DNA from: an uncultured Chloroflexia bacterium
Lineage (GTDB): Bacteria > Chloroflexota > Anaerolineae > B4-G1 > SLSP01
DNA length: 64,000 nucleotides
Direction: 5' to 3'
NCBI GenBank assembly: GCA_963751345.1
Contig: CAVVUS010000013.1
Span: forward strand, 64,001-128,000
Both the position numbers and the translations under genes were made by a program. Shown here piece after piece: positions 30,952-41,331 of the stretch. Position 1 is the first letter of the stretch. Every line of letters begins with the position of its first letter. Below the pieces are notes generated by a model. That model did not search any database. It was not told where the DNA came from and saw nothing but the letters and a program-made list of their open reading frames with translations.

Positions 30952-32322
30952 TCATCGCGACAGAAGGGCGAGAAAGCGGATCATCGTATCGATGCCCCGC
31001 GTGAAATTCGGCAGGTGCAGCTTCTCGTTGGGGGAATGGAGGCGGTCGTCGGGAAGCCCGAAGCCCATCAGGATGGTCTCAATGCCCAACTCGGCCCGGA
31101 ACGTGGCCACGACCGGGATCGAGCCCCCCTCGCGCACGAAGATAGGCTCGACACCGAAGGTCTCGGCATAGGCGTCGAACGCCACCCGCATCGCCGGGCT
31201 GTCGCGGTCCACAATCGCGCCGGCACCGCCATGCAGATTACGGACCTCGATCGAGACCGAGGGCGGGGCGATCTCGTGCAGGTAGGCCGTTGCCAGCCGG
31301 GCAATCTCCTCGGGGTCCTGGTCGGGCACAAGCCGCATCGACAACTTGGCGTGCGCCTTGCCGGGCAGCACGGTCTTGGCTCCCGGCTCCATATATCCCC
31401 CCCAGATGCCGTTGACGTCCAGCGTCGGCCGCGCCGTGGTCCGCTCGACGATCGTGTACTCCGCCTCGCCCCAGTCGGTCGGGACGCCCGCCTCCGCCAA
31501 CCACGTCTCGCGATCGAACGGGATCTTGGCCAACTCGCGCCGCTCGTCGGGCGCCAGATCCCTGACGCTGTCGTAGAAACCGGGGATCGTGATGCGCCCG
31601 CCGGCGTCCTGCAACTGCGCGATCATCCGGCAGAGCGCGTTCAGCGGGTTGTTGACCGCACCACCGTAGATGCCCGAGTGGAGATCGAAGGCCGGCCCGG
31701 TCACCTCGACCTCGAGGTAGGCCAGCCCCCGCAGGGCATAGACGATGCTGGGCATATCCGGTCCCAGGATGTGGGAATCCGAGATGACGGCGACGTCCGC
31801 TGCGAGCAGATCGCGATGGCTCTCCACGAAGGGCGCAAGGCTCGGGCTCCCGATCTCCTCCTCACCCTCGAAGATGCATTTCACATTGACGGGCGGGGTC
31901 CCGGTGGTCGCGTGATAGGCCTCGACCGCCTTCACGTGAATAAACGCCTGGCCTTTGTCGTCCGCTGCACCGCGGGCAAAGAGGCTGTCACCCCGCACCG
32001 TTGGCTCAAAGGGCGGTGAGGTCCACTCCGAGATGGGATCCGGCGGCTGCACGTCGTAGTGGCCGTAGATCAGGACCGTGGGCGCATTGGGCCCCGCGGC
32101 CGACCACTCGGCGAAGACGATGGGGTGGCCCGGCGTGGCCATCACTTCTGCACGGGGGAAGCCCGCCGCAAGGAGCTGGTCGCGCAGCCAGCGCGCCGCC
32201 GTGTTGACGTCGCCTGCATGGGCCGGCTGCGCGCTGATGCTCGGGATGCGAAGGAAGGCCTTGAGCTCGTCAAGGAATCGCTCCCCGTGTTCGTGGGCGT
32301 AGGTCAGGGCGTCATCGGTCAT
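30952..32322 (-). CDS. M20 family dipeptidase
   Basis: YGHYDVQP, ARGAADDKG, EGEEEIGS, DLHSG, GGSIP, HSPNE. Confidence 0.95.
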   Translation of the reverse strand: MTDDALTYAHEHGERFLDELKAFLRIPSISAQPAHAGDVNTAARWLRDQLLAAGFPRAEVMATPGHPIVFAEWSAAGPNAPTVLIYGHYDVQPPDPISEWTSPPFEPTVRGDSLFARGAADDKGQAFIHVKAVEAYHATTGTPPVNVKCIFEGEEEIGSPSLAPFVESHRDLLAADVAVISDSHILGPDMPSIVYALRGLAYLEVEVTGPAFDLHSGIYGGAVNNPLNALCRMIAQLQDAGGRITIPGFYDSVRDLAPDERRELAKIPFDRETWLAEAGVPTDWGEAEYTIVERTTARPTLDVNGIWGGYMEPGAKTVLPGKAHAKLSMRLVPDQDPEEIARLATAYLHEIAPPSVSIEVRNLHGGAGAIVDRDSPAMRVAFDAYAETFGVEPIFVREGGSIPVVATFRAELGIETILMGFGLPDDRLHSPNEKLHLPNFTRGIDTMIRFLALLSR

Positions 32323-32418
32323 AGGTCACCTGTGTTGGAGAAAGAATGAGATCCTTGGGCTTTTTCCTAGGGCGGACCTTGCCAAACCGGCAAGCTCAAA
32401 GGTCTTTCGCGCGCGGCC

Positions 32419-33087
32419 TCAGGCCGCAGGCACAATCGCCTGGGGCGCGTCGTTCGCCGGGCTGTTCACAAACGTCGACACCGGGTAGGCCGTCATCGCC
32501 TCCGCCGGATACGGCACCAGCAGGTCATCCAGCGCGCCGGACCGCACCTCGGTTGGGTCAAGCCAGCGATCGTAGGCCTCGCGCGGCAGGATGACGGGCA
32601 TGCGATTGTGGATCGGCGACACCAGCTCGTTCGGCTGGGTGGTGAGAATCGTGCACGACATCAAGGGAGTATCGTCGGGACGCCAGATCTCCCACAATCC
32701 CGCAAAGGCGAAGGGCTCGCCCGAAGCCAGCCGCACGTACATCGGCGTCTTCGTCCGGCTGCCGGGCTCGCTCCGCCACTCATAGAAACCATCGGCCAAG
32801 ATCAGGCAGCGGCGGCGCCGGTACGCGGCCCGGAAGGCCGGCTTCTCGGAGGCCGTCTCCGATCGCGCGTTGATCAGCCGCGCCCCAATCGAGGGATCCT
32901 TGGCCCAGAACGGGACGAGGCCCCAATGGAAGAGATTGACCGTGTTCAGACCGTCGTTCGGAACCGCTGCGACATCCTGCGTCGGAGCGATGTTATACCG
33001 GGGCGGAAGCGCGCCCGGAAACTCAAAGTCGGGAAACGCCTTCAGAAGATCGCCAAACTGCACCCAAAGGGTGAACCGTCCACACAT
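32419..33087 (-). CDS. yedK: SOS response-associated peptidase (SRAP/HMCES family)
   Basis: MCGRF, RYNIAPTQ, INARSET, DGFYEW, IHNRMPVIL. Confidence 0.93.
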   Translation of the reverse strand: MCGRFTLWVQFGDLLKAFPDFEFPGALPPRYNIAPTQDVAAVPNDGLNTVNLFHWGLVPFWAKDPSIGARLINARSETASEKPAFRAAYRRRRCLILADGFYEWRSEPGSRTKTPMYVRLASGEPFAFAGLWEIWRPDDTPLMSCTILTTQPNELVSPIHNRMPVILPREAYDRWLDPTEVRSGALDDLLVPYPAEAMTAYPVSTFVNSPANDAPQAIVPAA

Positions 33088-33102
33088 CGTACTACCCCCT
33101 TT

Positions 33103-34411
33103 CTACTGCACCGGAACCGGCGGCGACACCGGCAGCGGCGAGAGCGGGACCCCGCCGGTGGCGTCTTCCCGCAGCCACTGCTTGCCGTCCACCGAAACAC
33201 CATTGGCCCACACCTCCCAGTGCAGGTGCGAGCCGGTTGAGAGCCCCGTGCTGCCCACCGCCGCAAAAGACTGCCCCCGCTTGACGTAGTCCCCTACCTG
33301 AACGTCGATCCGCGACAAATGCCAATATCCCGTCACCAGCCCCCCGCCGTGGTCCAGCAGGACCGCGTTCCCGCGCGTCGTCAAGGTCTCCGCCAACACG
33401 ACCACGCCGTCGGCGGGCGCCAGGACCGGCAGCCCCGTCGCCGCCGGGTAATCGACGCCACTGTGGTATCCGTCCACCATGCCGCCATAGGAGCGCCGTC
33501 CCCCGTAATCCGCAGAGACCGGCGGCAAGCTCTGCAGCGGGGCGGAGAGCGGCAGGTCCCAGAGGCGCTGCGGCGACCGGATCGCCCGCCACGGGACCAG
33601 ATAGGCCTCCGCGGCGGCCATCACCTCAGGGTCCATCAGTGGCGCCAGCTGCGGCGTAGCTGCGATGACCTGATAGCCGTAGCTCCCGGGCGTCACGTCA
33701 ATCGTCAAGGAGAAGTCGACTTCGTTCGCGCCGGAGACTAACTGCACGTCCAGCGGATAGGTCCCCGGATCGACAAGCGCGGAGACGCCCACCGGCACGT
33801 AAAGCCGGGAATCGCCATCGCGATAGCACGGCTCGCTCTGACCGAGCGCTTCAACGTGGCAAAAGGCCACCCCATCCGTCTCGATCATCAGGAATGCCGT
33901 CTGTCCTCGCACCATCGGCTGGGGCGAGAGCGCCACAGCCTTGATAGGATAGGGCAGACAGGTGTTGACTCCGTGTGTCAAGGAGAGCGGTTGCCCTGCA
34001 GCAAGCGCGACGGCACGCGGGGCACGCCAGAAGGGCACGCCGGCATCGAGCAATACGTCGGGGGAGACCCCGAGCCCCCCGGCGTGCGAGACCACCGAGC
34101 GGATCAGCCGGTCCGAGCCCCGGAAGGCCACGACGCTCGCCAGATCGCCCACGCCTAGGAGTGCCTGAGCCGCCGCCACGTGGGCCGGCGGGAGGCCCGT
34201 TCGATCGAGCCAGCAGCGCATCCACGCCGGATCCGGCGCCAAGCGGGCCGTCCGCGGCCTGCGCCAGAACCGGGCGGGCCGCCGCCAGCGTCCCGAGCAC
34301 CACGAGCACCACCATCAGACATGCCGCAGCTCGCGCGGTCTCTCGACCTCGCCGACGATTCACGCTTGCCCCATTCACTCGCCTGGATATCGACCCGAAC
34401 ACAGCATTCAC
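33103..34411 (-). CDS. M23 family metallopeptidase; frameshift near 34250, start approximate
   Basis: HSGVDY, GNAVLLDHG, YWHLS, GSTGLSTGSHLHWEV; signal peptide in the upstream frame. Confidence 0.85.
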
Positions 34412-34453
34412 TTCACTAGACGCCCTATCTTGGGACCCTTCCGGGCACGTCCG

Positions 34454-34936
34454 CTATATCAGCCGTCGTCCTCGCTGAAATCTCTGGTCCTCTACCCAGC
34501 CATAGAGTGCTCCCAGCGCAGCCGTCGCAAGTGCGGTCAAGGGCAGCAGGATGAGAGAGCCCGTCACGATCGTGCTCACCAGTCCTGCACCGAGTCCCAC
34601 GAAGACACCGGTCCGCAACCACTTTCGCAGGAAAAAGCCGGGCGGAGCCAGGCGGTGTGCGACCACAAAGTGCTCCTCGATGCGGCGCAGCTGCGCCCCC
34701 TGATACTGGCGTTGAGCCTTGGATCCGGGCAGCTCGGGGAACTCCTCCTCCAGGCGCGTCAACGTGTGCTGATAGCCCTGGCAGACCTCACAACTCTCCG
34801 AGAACTCCCGGATGCGGTTCGCCACCTTCAGCACATAGTCGATCCGGTACTTGGTCCACTGCTTGGCTGTCAGAGCTTCCCGCTGCGCCTCGACGGCCGC
34901 CTCCAGCTTCCTGAACCAGATCTCATCCTTGTACAT
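34454..34936 (-). CDS. Hypothetical membrane protein (CxxC, two C-terminal TM helices)
   Basis: 160-aa ORF with protein-like composition; TAGAAT upstream at 34982-34987. Confidence 0.7.
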   Translation of the reverse strand: MYKDEIWFRKLEAAVEAQREALTAKQWTKYRIDYVLKVANRIREFSESCEVCQGYQHTLTRLEEEFPELPGSKAQRQYQGAQLRRIEEHFVVAHRLAPPGFFLRKWLRTGVFVGLGAGLVSTIVTGSLILLPLTALATAALGALYGWVEDQRFQRGRRLI

Positions 34937-35275
34937 GTCAGTCCCCCGCCCAGATGACCCTTCGTGACGTCGACACGAAGGATTCTACCCCTGGGACGGC
35001 GGGAAAGCAATTCGGACGGGGAGTCTGGAGTGCCGGGGAGCTTGCGCCGCAGACGGCGTGTACAGTCCTCGGCACTTGGGAGCACATAACTCGGTCCGAA
35101 GCGAAGTCCGTGTCCTCACCCTGCACTTGCGAGGATTCCGCCCGGTATCGATAGGCCGTCCGCGAAATCCGTGCAATCGTCCCGCTTCTGAGCGGCCTAA
35201 TCCGTGATTCAGACAGACGCAGGCGCCACGCGTCGGGCCACGGGATACGCAAGAACCCCCAAGCACCAGCCGGGC

Positions 35276-37958
35276 CTAAGGATAGAGCGCGTCGACGTCG
35301 ACCTCGGTGCCCCAGATGCGTTCGCCGTCGAGGTCGATCCAACTGCCGGTCTGTACCAGCGTAAGCCGGTCGTCGGGGATGTCCACGAACTGCACCCCGT
35401 TCGCTACAATGGTCGCCGGGCCGTAGGCGGGCTTCTTGATGTACGCCGCCAGGGCCGCAACTTGCGCCCGGGTCACCGTCACGTCCTGCGCCACCACCTG
35501 CGACAGATCCTTGCTCGCGATGCCGAAGTTGGCGTCCTCAACGGAGACTCCGGTGGCCGTGAGCTGGCTGGCCTCGCCGACGGACAGGCCCTTGTCGCCC
35601 AGATTCACCATCCGCACGTCGCTCACCGTGATCTGCGTGCCGCTGACGTCGATGCCGTCAGCCCCGATGTCGTGGAACGACGAGCGCACGATGTCGCCCT
35701 GTGAGAAGTCCGAATCGAACGCGTCTGAGAATGTCGAGGCGAACTCCGTGTCGGCGAAGTGGAAGGTCGTCCGGATCGTGTTCAGCCCGTCCTCGGCTTG
35801 GGTGCCCAGGATGCGGCAGTGGTCGAGCGAGATCGGGCTCTGATAGAACGTGATGCCGCCGGTCAACGTCCACCCCGGCAGCGAGACCGCGACCGTCTTC
35901 TCGACCGTCACGTAAGCCCACGTCGAGGGCGCCCCTGCGTCGATGGACGACGATACCGTGCCACAGATCCTCCGATGGTCCGAGCACGATCGGGGCGTCT
36001 TCGGTGCCGTCGAACTGCAGCGGGCCGCGCGCCAGCAGATAGGCGTCGGGCTCGAACCGGAGGGTCGTGCCCGGAGCGAGTCGCAGACCGTAGCCCTCCG
36101 GGAGGATCAGGCTGCCGCTCACGGCGTGGGTACCCGCCGGCATCGTGAGCATCCGCGCTGCCGTGTCATCTACCTTCAGGTAGGGGTGCGCGGCCAGCGC
36201 CTGATCGAGTGTGGGCGCAGGAGGAAGGGCGCCCTGCACGATCGAGGGATACGACGCCATCACCGGGCGGGTCACGGTCTCCGTGAGCCCCCACACACGG
36301 GTCACCAGCTGGACTGAGTCCGGATCCACCTCAGGGGGCAGCACCACCGACGTACGCAGGCGCGCATAAGGCATGAACTCCGCATCGGGCGACAGCGCCC
36401 TGAGAACCAGATCCTCGCCGGCGTCCTCGACGCCAACCACGTTTCCGGCGGCGCCGGGCGTGGCCCAGTCGGCTGCGGCCGGATACCAATCCGGCCCAAC
36501 CTGCACGCCGTCGATCTGCACGGGAAGCCCCAGCAAGTTCCCGACGTCGAGCACGAGCGTGTCTGTCGGCACGTCGGCCGGCCGGTAAGCATAGACCATC
36601 TGGGGCGGGTTGAGCCAGTCGCGGAGCGAGGCCGCCCGCTCGGCAAGCGCGTCCCAGGGCGCGTCGAGCACCCCGCCCCCGTCGGGCGCGGTCACGTCGC
36701 CAAACTCGGGAAGCAGGCTCGCGCGCACCGCCTCGAGGCCACCACCGACGTCGGCTTGGAGTGCCGCAAGGTACGCCGGATCCGTGAACTCCGCCAGCGC
36801 CTCGACGTAGGCGCGGCGCAACCGGGCGTCCCCATACGCCAGAAGCTCCCGCCGGCCCGCGAGCTTCGTCACGTCCGCCACGGCGCCATCCTCCAGGGCT
36901 TGCGCATCAAAGGCGATGGGTTCGAGCCGCGTGGTGATGGGGTTGTAGTAGAAGCGCAGATTGTGCCAATCGAGCGCGTGGTTCGCCCCCCAGAGGTCGG
37001 CGAGCGCCCAGAAGCGCGCCATCCGGTCGATATCGAAGACCTCGGAGGCCGGCAACTGCCCCGCCCACCAGGCGCGCAGCTTGCCGACAGCCGCATCGCG
37101 GGCCGCCGAAAGCGTCGGATCGGCATCGACGCCGCCCGAGTCGAATTCGTCGATCACGTGAAACTCGGTGATACCCGGCGGCGTGACGAAGTCGTTTTCG
37201 TAGGCTGCCCAGGTCTCCCACAGCAGATCCTCGTTGTAGCGGATGATGACGCTCTCGCGGCGCCGCTGCGACTCCAAGAGCTCCTTGGCAAACCCCTCCT
37301 CCACGGCATAGACGCCCATCGTCTTCCCGTTCTGGACGACGTGCGCGAAGCTGTATCCCACCGTGAGGATATCCTCGCGCCGCAGGGCTTGCATAAAGGC
37401 CCACTCATTGGCGTACGTACGCGTCGAGGGGTCCTGGATCGAAAAGACGCGCATCCCCATCACGGCGTCGCCACCCTGTACCTCAATACGATAGGACCAC
37501 TTGTCGTGCGCGAAATGGTCACCCCAGTCGCCCTTCAGGCGAAGCTGTACCTGCACGGGGTCGCCATCGCCGACGCGCACCGTGGCAGGGACGAAGTCTG
37601 CGTTGGTGGCCAGCAGGATCCAGTTCTTGAGCGCGTCCTCGCGCTTGGCCTCGATCTTGGCAAAGTCATCTGGCGCAATGTCGATATAGAGCGTAGGAAG
37701 GGTGTCCCCGGCCTCCGGCGAAGTCGGCGTGGCGGTCGGCAGCGGCACAGGCGTCGGCGCAAGGGCGGTGGCGGTCGCTGGGGCCTGAGCTGCGGCCATC
37801 GAGTCGGGGATCTCATTGGCGTGCCCCGCGCGGGCCAGAAGCCAGCCGCCGGCGAAAGCCAGCACAATCAGCGTGACCCACCCCACACGCTGCCCGCGTC
37901 CGGCGGCATGTGCACCGCCCATCGCGTGTCCTGGACCACCGTCAAGCTGCGTACCCAT
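35276..37958 (-). CDS. CotH-family kinase with N-terminal TM anchor and C-terminal right-handed beta-helix; frameshift near 35940
   Basis: LRLKGDWGDH, KWSYRIE, GVYAVEE, HALDWHNLRFYYNP...EPIAFD; beta-helix EDGLN, SDAFDSDFS, DGIDVSG, DKGLSVGE; GGAGG RBS. Confidence 0.85.
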
Positions 37959-37971
37959 TTCGCGGGCCTCC

Positions 37972-38735
37972 CTACAGATCCGGCGTGGCCATCACGCCGT
38001 GGACGTACTTCGAGAATCGATCGACGCGCGCCGGGAAACAGGAGACCGCTGCGCTCAGACGCCGCATCGAGGCCGGCGTCACCGGCGCCTTGAGTTCGAC
38101 GATGACCACGTCCTCCGTCCACACAGGGCGCCCGAGATTCGGCAGGCTCGATACCCGCTGATCGTAGGTCGCCAGGCCCAGTGTCGACGGTCAACCGCAG
38201 CTCGCCGTCCGGGGTTGCGTAGTATGCGCGCCGGTAGCTGTTGATGAGGATCGGCACCGGAAATCGCGAGAGCCAGTCGATCCCCGCACCATTGAGGGCA
38301 GCACGCAGATCCTGATCAAAGGTGGCCCAGGATGCTGACGCAAGATCAAAACACGGAGGTCAGCGGCACGATCTCCTTCCACCCGCCGCTCCCCTGCCTG
38401 CGCTTCAGCTCGAGCTGGGCCTGCTCGATGGCGCCCAGATCCGGGCCGTACCAGCGCAAGCGCAGCTTGGCGCGCTCGGCGATGCCCGCCAGGTTGGCGT
38501 TCAGCCCCGCGTAGTCCGCGGTGTCGAAGTAGAGGTTGTTCACCCGGCGTGCAGGATAGGTGCGACGCCAATGCACGGGATGCAGCCGCACCCACGCGTC
38601 GACCTCGCCGAGCAGCACCGCCGGCACGGGAATCTTCACCTCGATCCGGGGCGACGTCGTCAGAATGTCCACGTGCCTAACTGCAGCGTGGCCTGTGGTG
38701 GAAGACGCCGTGAGCTTACCGCGAATGGAGCTCAT
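37972..38735 (-). CDS. VTC-domain (polyphosphate polymerase-like, TTM fold) protein; frameshifted
   Basis: RIEVK, VNNLYFDT, RAKLRLRWYG, QLELKRR, YRRAYY, LRLTVD, IVELK, FSKY across frames. Confidence 0.88.
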
Positions 38736-38924
38736 CGGCCCTCATACCACACCCGACCTGACTTCCGGGCCGACCCGCGGACCGTAGATCCGCCCGGAAC
38801 GGATAGGAATGCCGCTGCGCCACCGGTTCGCGCCGGATCTGGCCCCAAGATCTGCCTGGGCGTGATCCGGCGCCGTGCTCGAGCCGGCCACCAGAGGCGC
38901 GGGCATCCGCTCGGATCGCGCACG

Positions 38925-40457
38925 TCATGGCTGCGCTCCGGCGTCCACGGGCACCCTGACGATCTCGTCGAGGCCCCATAGTCGCGTCGTCAGCACAAGG
39001 CTGCCCAGCCCCGGATCGACCGTGGCAGGCAGGGCCGCCAACGGCACGGTGACCCCGACCTCGACGGGATCGGCACCCACCTGCGCTGCCAGCACGACGG
39101 CACCGGCCCCATCGACCAGGCCATCACCGGTCGCCCACGCGGGATCCAGGGTCAGGCCGCCCTGCTCCCCAATATCGAGCCCCATGACCTCCACCGGAAA
39201 GGGAAGCACCGCGCGAAGCTGCAGGCGAATCGCGCCGATCTCCTCAGATGTCGTGGCGACAAGGGTACGCGACGGCTGTATCTCGGCCAGAATGGCCGAC
39301 CGGCGCTTCGCCAGTTCGGCTTCCAGGGCACCCGGCGCGCCGCCCAACGCCACGTAGAGGGCGTCCATCTCAGCTTGAGGGATCAGCGAATCCGGGTATC
39401 CCGGCTGAGCATCCACGGCCAGCCAACGTGCGGTGGCCTTCTGGATGTCGGGATCGTCCGTGAAGCTCGGTGGCAGGGGGGTATTCAGGTCGTAGCGCCA
39501 TCCGGTGCTGGCCGGATGCAGCCCGCCGGTGGCCGGATCGTAGATGAAGCCAAGAGCCCGCCAGTCCGGCCGCAGCACGCCATACCAGAGCGCCGCTGCC
39601 GCCACGAGCTGCCCCATCTCATCCGGATCCAGCACCTCGGTCGGCGCCATCTCTCCCCGCTCCAGCGCCGCGACAAGCTCGGCGGCGCGCGCGGGCGCAG
39701 TTCCGGTCACCCCTCCGGTTGCGTCGAGTGGCGTCACCGTCATCGCCGCGTAGGCAAAGCTCGCCTGCGGCGCGGCGAGCCCAGCCGCGGGCAGCCGCCT
39801 CGCGTCAAACGACACCAGGACGCTCCCGGGCGAGACCTCCGCGCCCGCTGACACCGTCTCCGCCATCGATGCCTCCATAGCGTAGATGCCCCAGCGGCTC
39901 CCGTTCACCTGGACTTGGACGAACCGCCGTTCAGGCACCGGGAGCCCTGCAGCATCGAGCGATCGCAGGAATCCCATAGTCAGGACACTACCGGCATCGG
40001 CCGGTCGAAACGTCGCGTGTCGGACGCCCAGGAGCCCTCGGCCCTCCGTCGAAGTCACCTCAAAGGGAAGGGGCCCGGATGGCACGCCGGGCCAGCGAGA
40101 GGGGCACAGCGTCGCGCCGCCCGAGTCCCCGGACATCGCGACGGTCGCGGCTACGCAGTCCGCCGGGGTCACCGCGCTCTCTCCCGCCGGCAGGCGATCC
40201 TGCGCAGCGCGCCACTGCTGGTAGGCTGTGAAGTCGACGCTGACCTCAACCGTGGGCATGTCGCTGCGGGCCCGCCACGCAGCCAGTGCCAGGCGTGGAT
40301 GCCGGAATGCCAGATCGAGCGAGGACGCCACACGGCGTGGCTGGCCCACCATGCCTGCAGCAGCCGCCAGCGTGAGAACCACGATGACGCCACCGACCCA
40401 CCACCCCCTCCACCTGGCAGCCGGCTTCTTTGCCGCCTCCGCTCTTGTGATGCGCAC
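38925..40457 (-). CDS. Degenerate CotH-like membrane-anchored protein (probable pseudokinase)
   Basis: N-terminal TM; FVQVQVNGSRWGIYAME; collinear similarity to the 35276-37958 product but catalytic-type motifs are replaced. Confidence 0.7.
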   Translation of the reverse strand: MRITRAEAAKKPAARWRGWWVGGVIVVLTLAAAAGMVGQPRRVASSLDLAFRHPRLALAAWRARSDMPTVEVSVDFTAYQQWRAAQDRLPAGESAVTPADCVAATVAMSGDSGGATLCPSRWPGVPSGPLPFEVTSTEGRGLLGVRHATFRPADAGSVLTMGFLRSLDAAGLPVPERRFVQVQVNGSRWGIYAMEASMAETVSAGAEVSPGSVLVSFDARRLPAAGLAAPQASFAYAAMTVTPLDATGGVTGTAPARAAELVAALERGEMAPTEVLDPDEMGQLVAAAALWYGVLRPDWRALGFIYDPATGGLHPASTGWRYDLNTPLPPSFTDDPDIQKATARWLAVDAQPGYPDSLIPQAEMDALYVALGGAPGALEAELAKRRSAILAEIQPSRTLVATTSEEIGAIRLQLRAVLPFPVEVMGLDIGEQGGLTLDPAWATGDGLVDGAGAVVLAAQVGADPVEVGVTVPLAALPATVDPGLGSLVLTTRLWGLDEIVRVPVDAGAQP

Positions 40458-41130
40458 TCAGTCCCCCAGCACGTGCTCCTGCTGCAGCAGGCTGATCTCC
40501 GCCGCAGCAAAGGACGTCTTGAGGTCGGCCACGAGGTCGTTCGCCGTCTGTGGGTCAGGGCAAGCGATGTAATAGGTAAGCTGGAGCGTGCCGTCGCGGC
40601 TGTCGAGGCGGCGGAAGTCGATCACGTCGACGTGGTTGAGCAGACAGGCGTTCACCTGGCTGAGCGAGGCCGAGCCATCGTCATTGACCAGCACGTTGAG
40701 ATAGAGGTTGTGAGCGCTGCGTCTTGCGCCCCAACGCCATGCGCACGGCCATGTAGGCCATCAACACGGCGACACCGACCACGGTGACCCAGCGCTGCTC
40801 GGCGCCCACGCCAAGCCCGATGGCAATGGCGATGAAGAGGAACATCAGCTCCTCGGGTTCCTTGATCGCCGTCCTGAAGCGCACGATGGAGAGCGCACCG
40901 ACCAACCCCAGCGAGAGGGCAAGCGACGACTTCACGATCGTGATGACGATCCCCGTGGTCACCGTGAGAATCGGCATCAGCGCCGCGAGCTTCCGCCGGT
41001 TCGTGATCGCCTGGCCAAAGGCCTGATAGTACCATGCCACGACCAGGCTCAAGGCCAGCCCCAACAGCATATCGACGGCGAACGTCGCCAGGGAGGCGGG
41101 CGGAAAAGCAATCAACTGATCTATAGGCAT
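40458..41130 (-). CDS. DUF4956 membrane protein; frameshift near 40715
   Basis: VKSSLALSLGLVGALSIVRFRTAIKEPEELMFLFIAIAIGLG; ACT-like tail in ORF 40458-40694. Confidence 0.92.
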
Positions 41131-41176
41131 AGTCTACCGTCCCGGAGAATCTGAGATGAGAGCGAGTAAGACCGGT

Positions 41177-41185
41177 ATTATAGCA
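41177..41185 (-). promoter_or_regulatory. Extended -10 promoter (TGcTATAAT) for the DUF4956-CotH-VTC-CotH unit
   Basis: Consensus TGnTATAAT 46 nt upstream of the DUF4956 ATG. Confidence 0.6.
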
Positions 41186-41331
41186 CGCCCGCCCGGTGCG
41201 ACATACAGAATCGGGCCACGCCGCGGAGGCTCTTCACCTTTGTCGGCGCCCGGCCGACACTCCTCAGGAACGGCCCTCACGGGTTCGTTCCATGCGGATC
41301 TATGATCCGCCCACGGCAATGCACGACACAC

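Noticed and set aside
28961-31171. 736-aa plus-strand ORF and similar long antisense ORFs
   Set aside because: Shadow frames of real minus-strand genes in GC-rich DNA; no motifs.
28591-33087. ogt + SRAP as a DNA-repair or defence island
   Set aside because: They are separated by unrelated peptidases, with no SOS box or mobile context seen.
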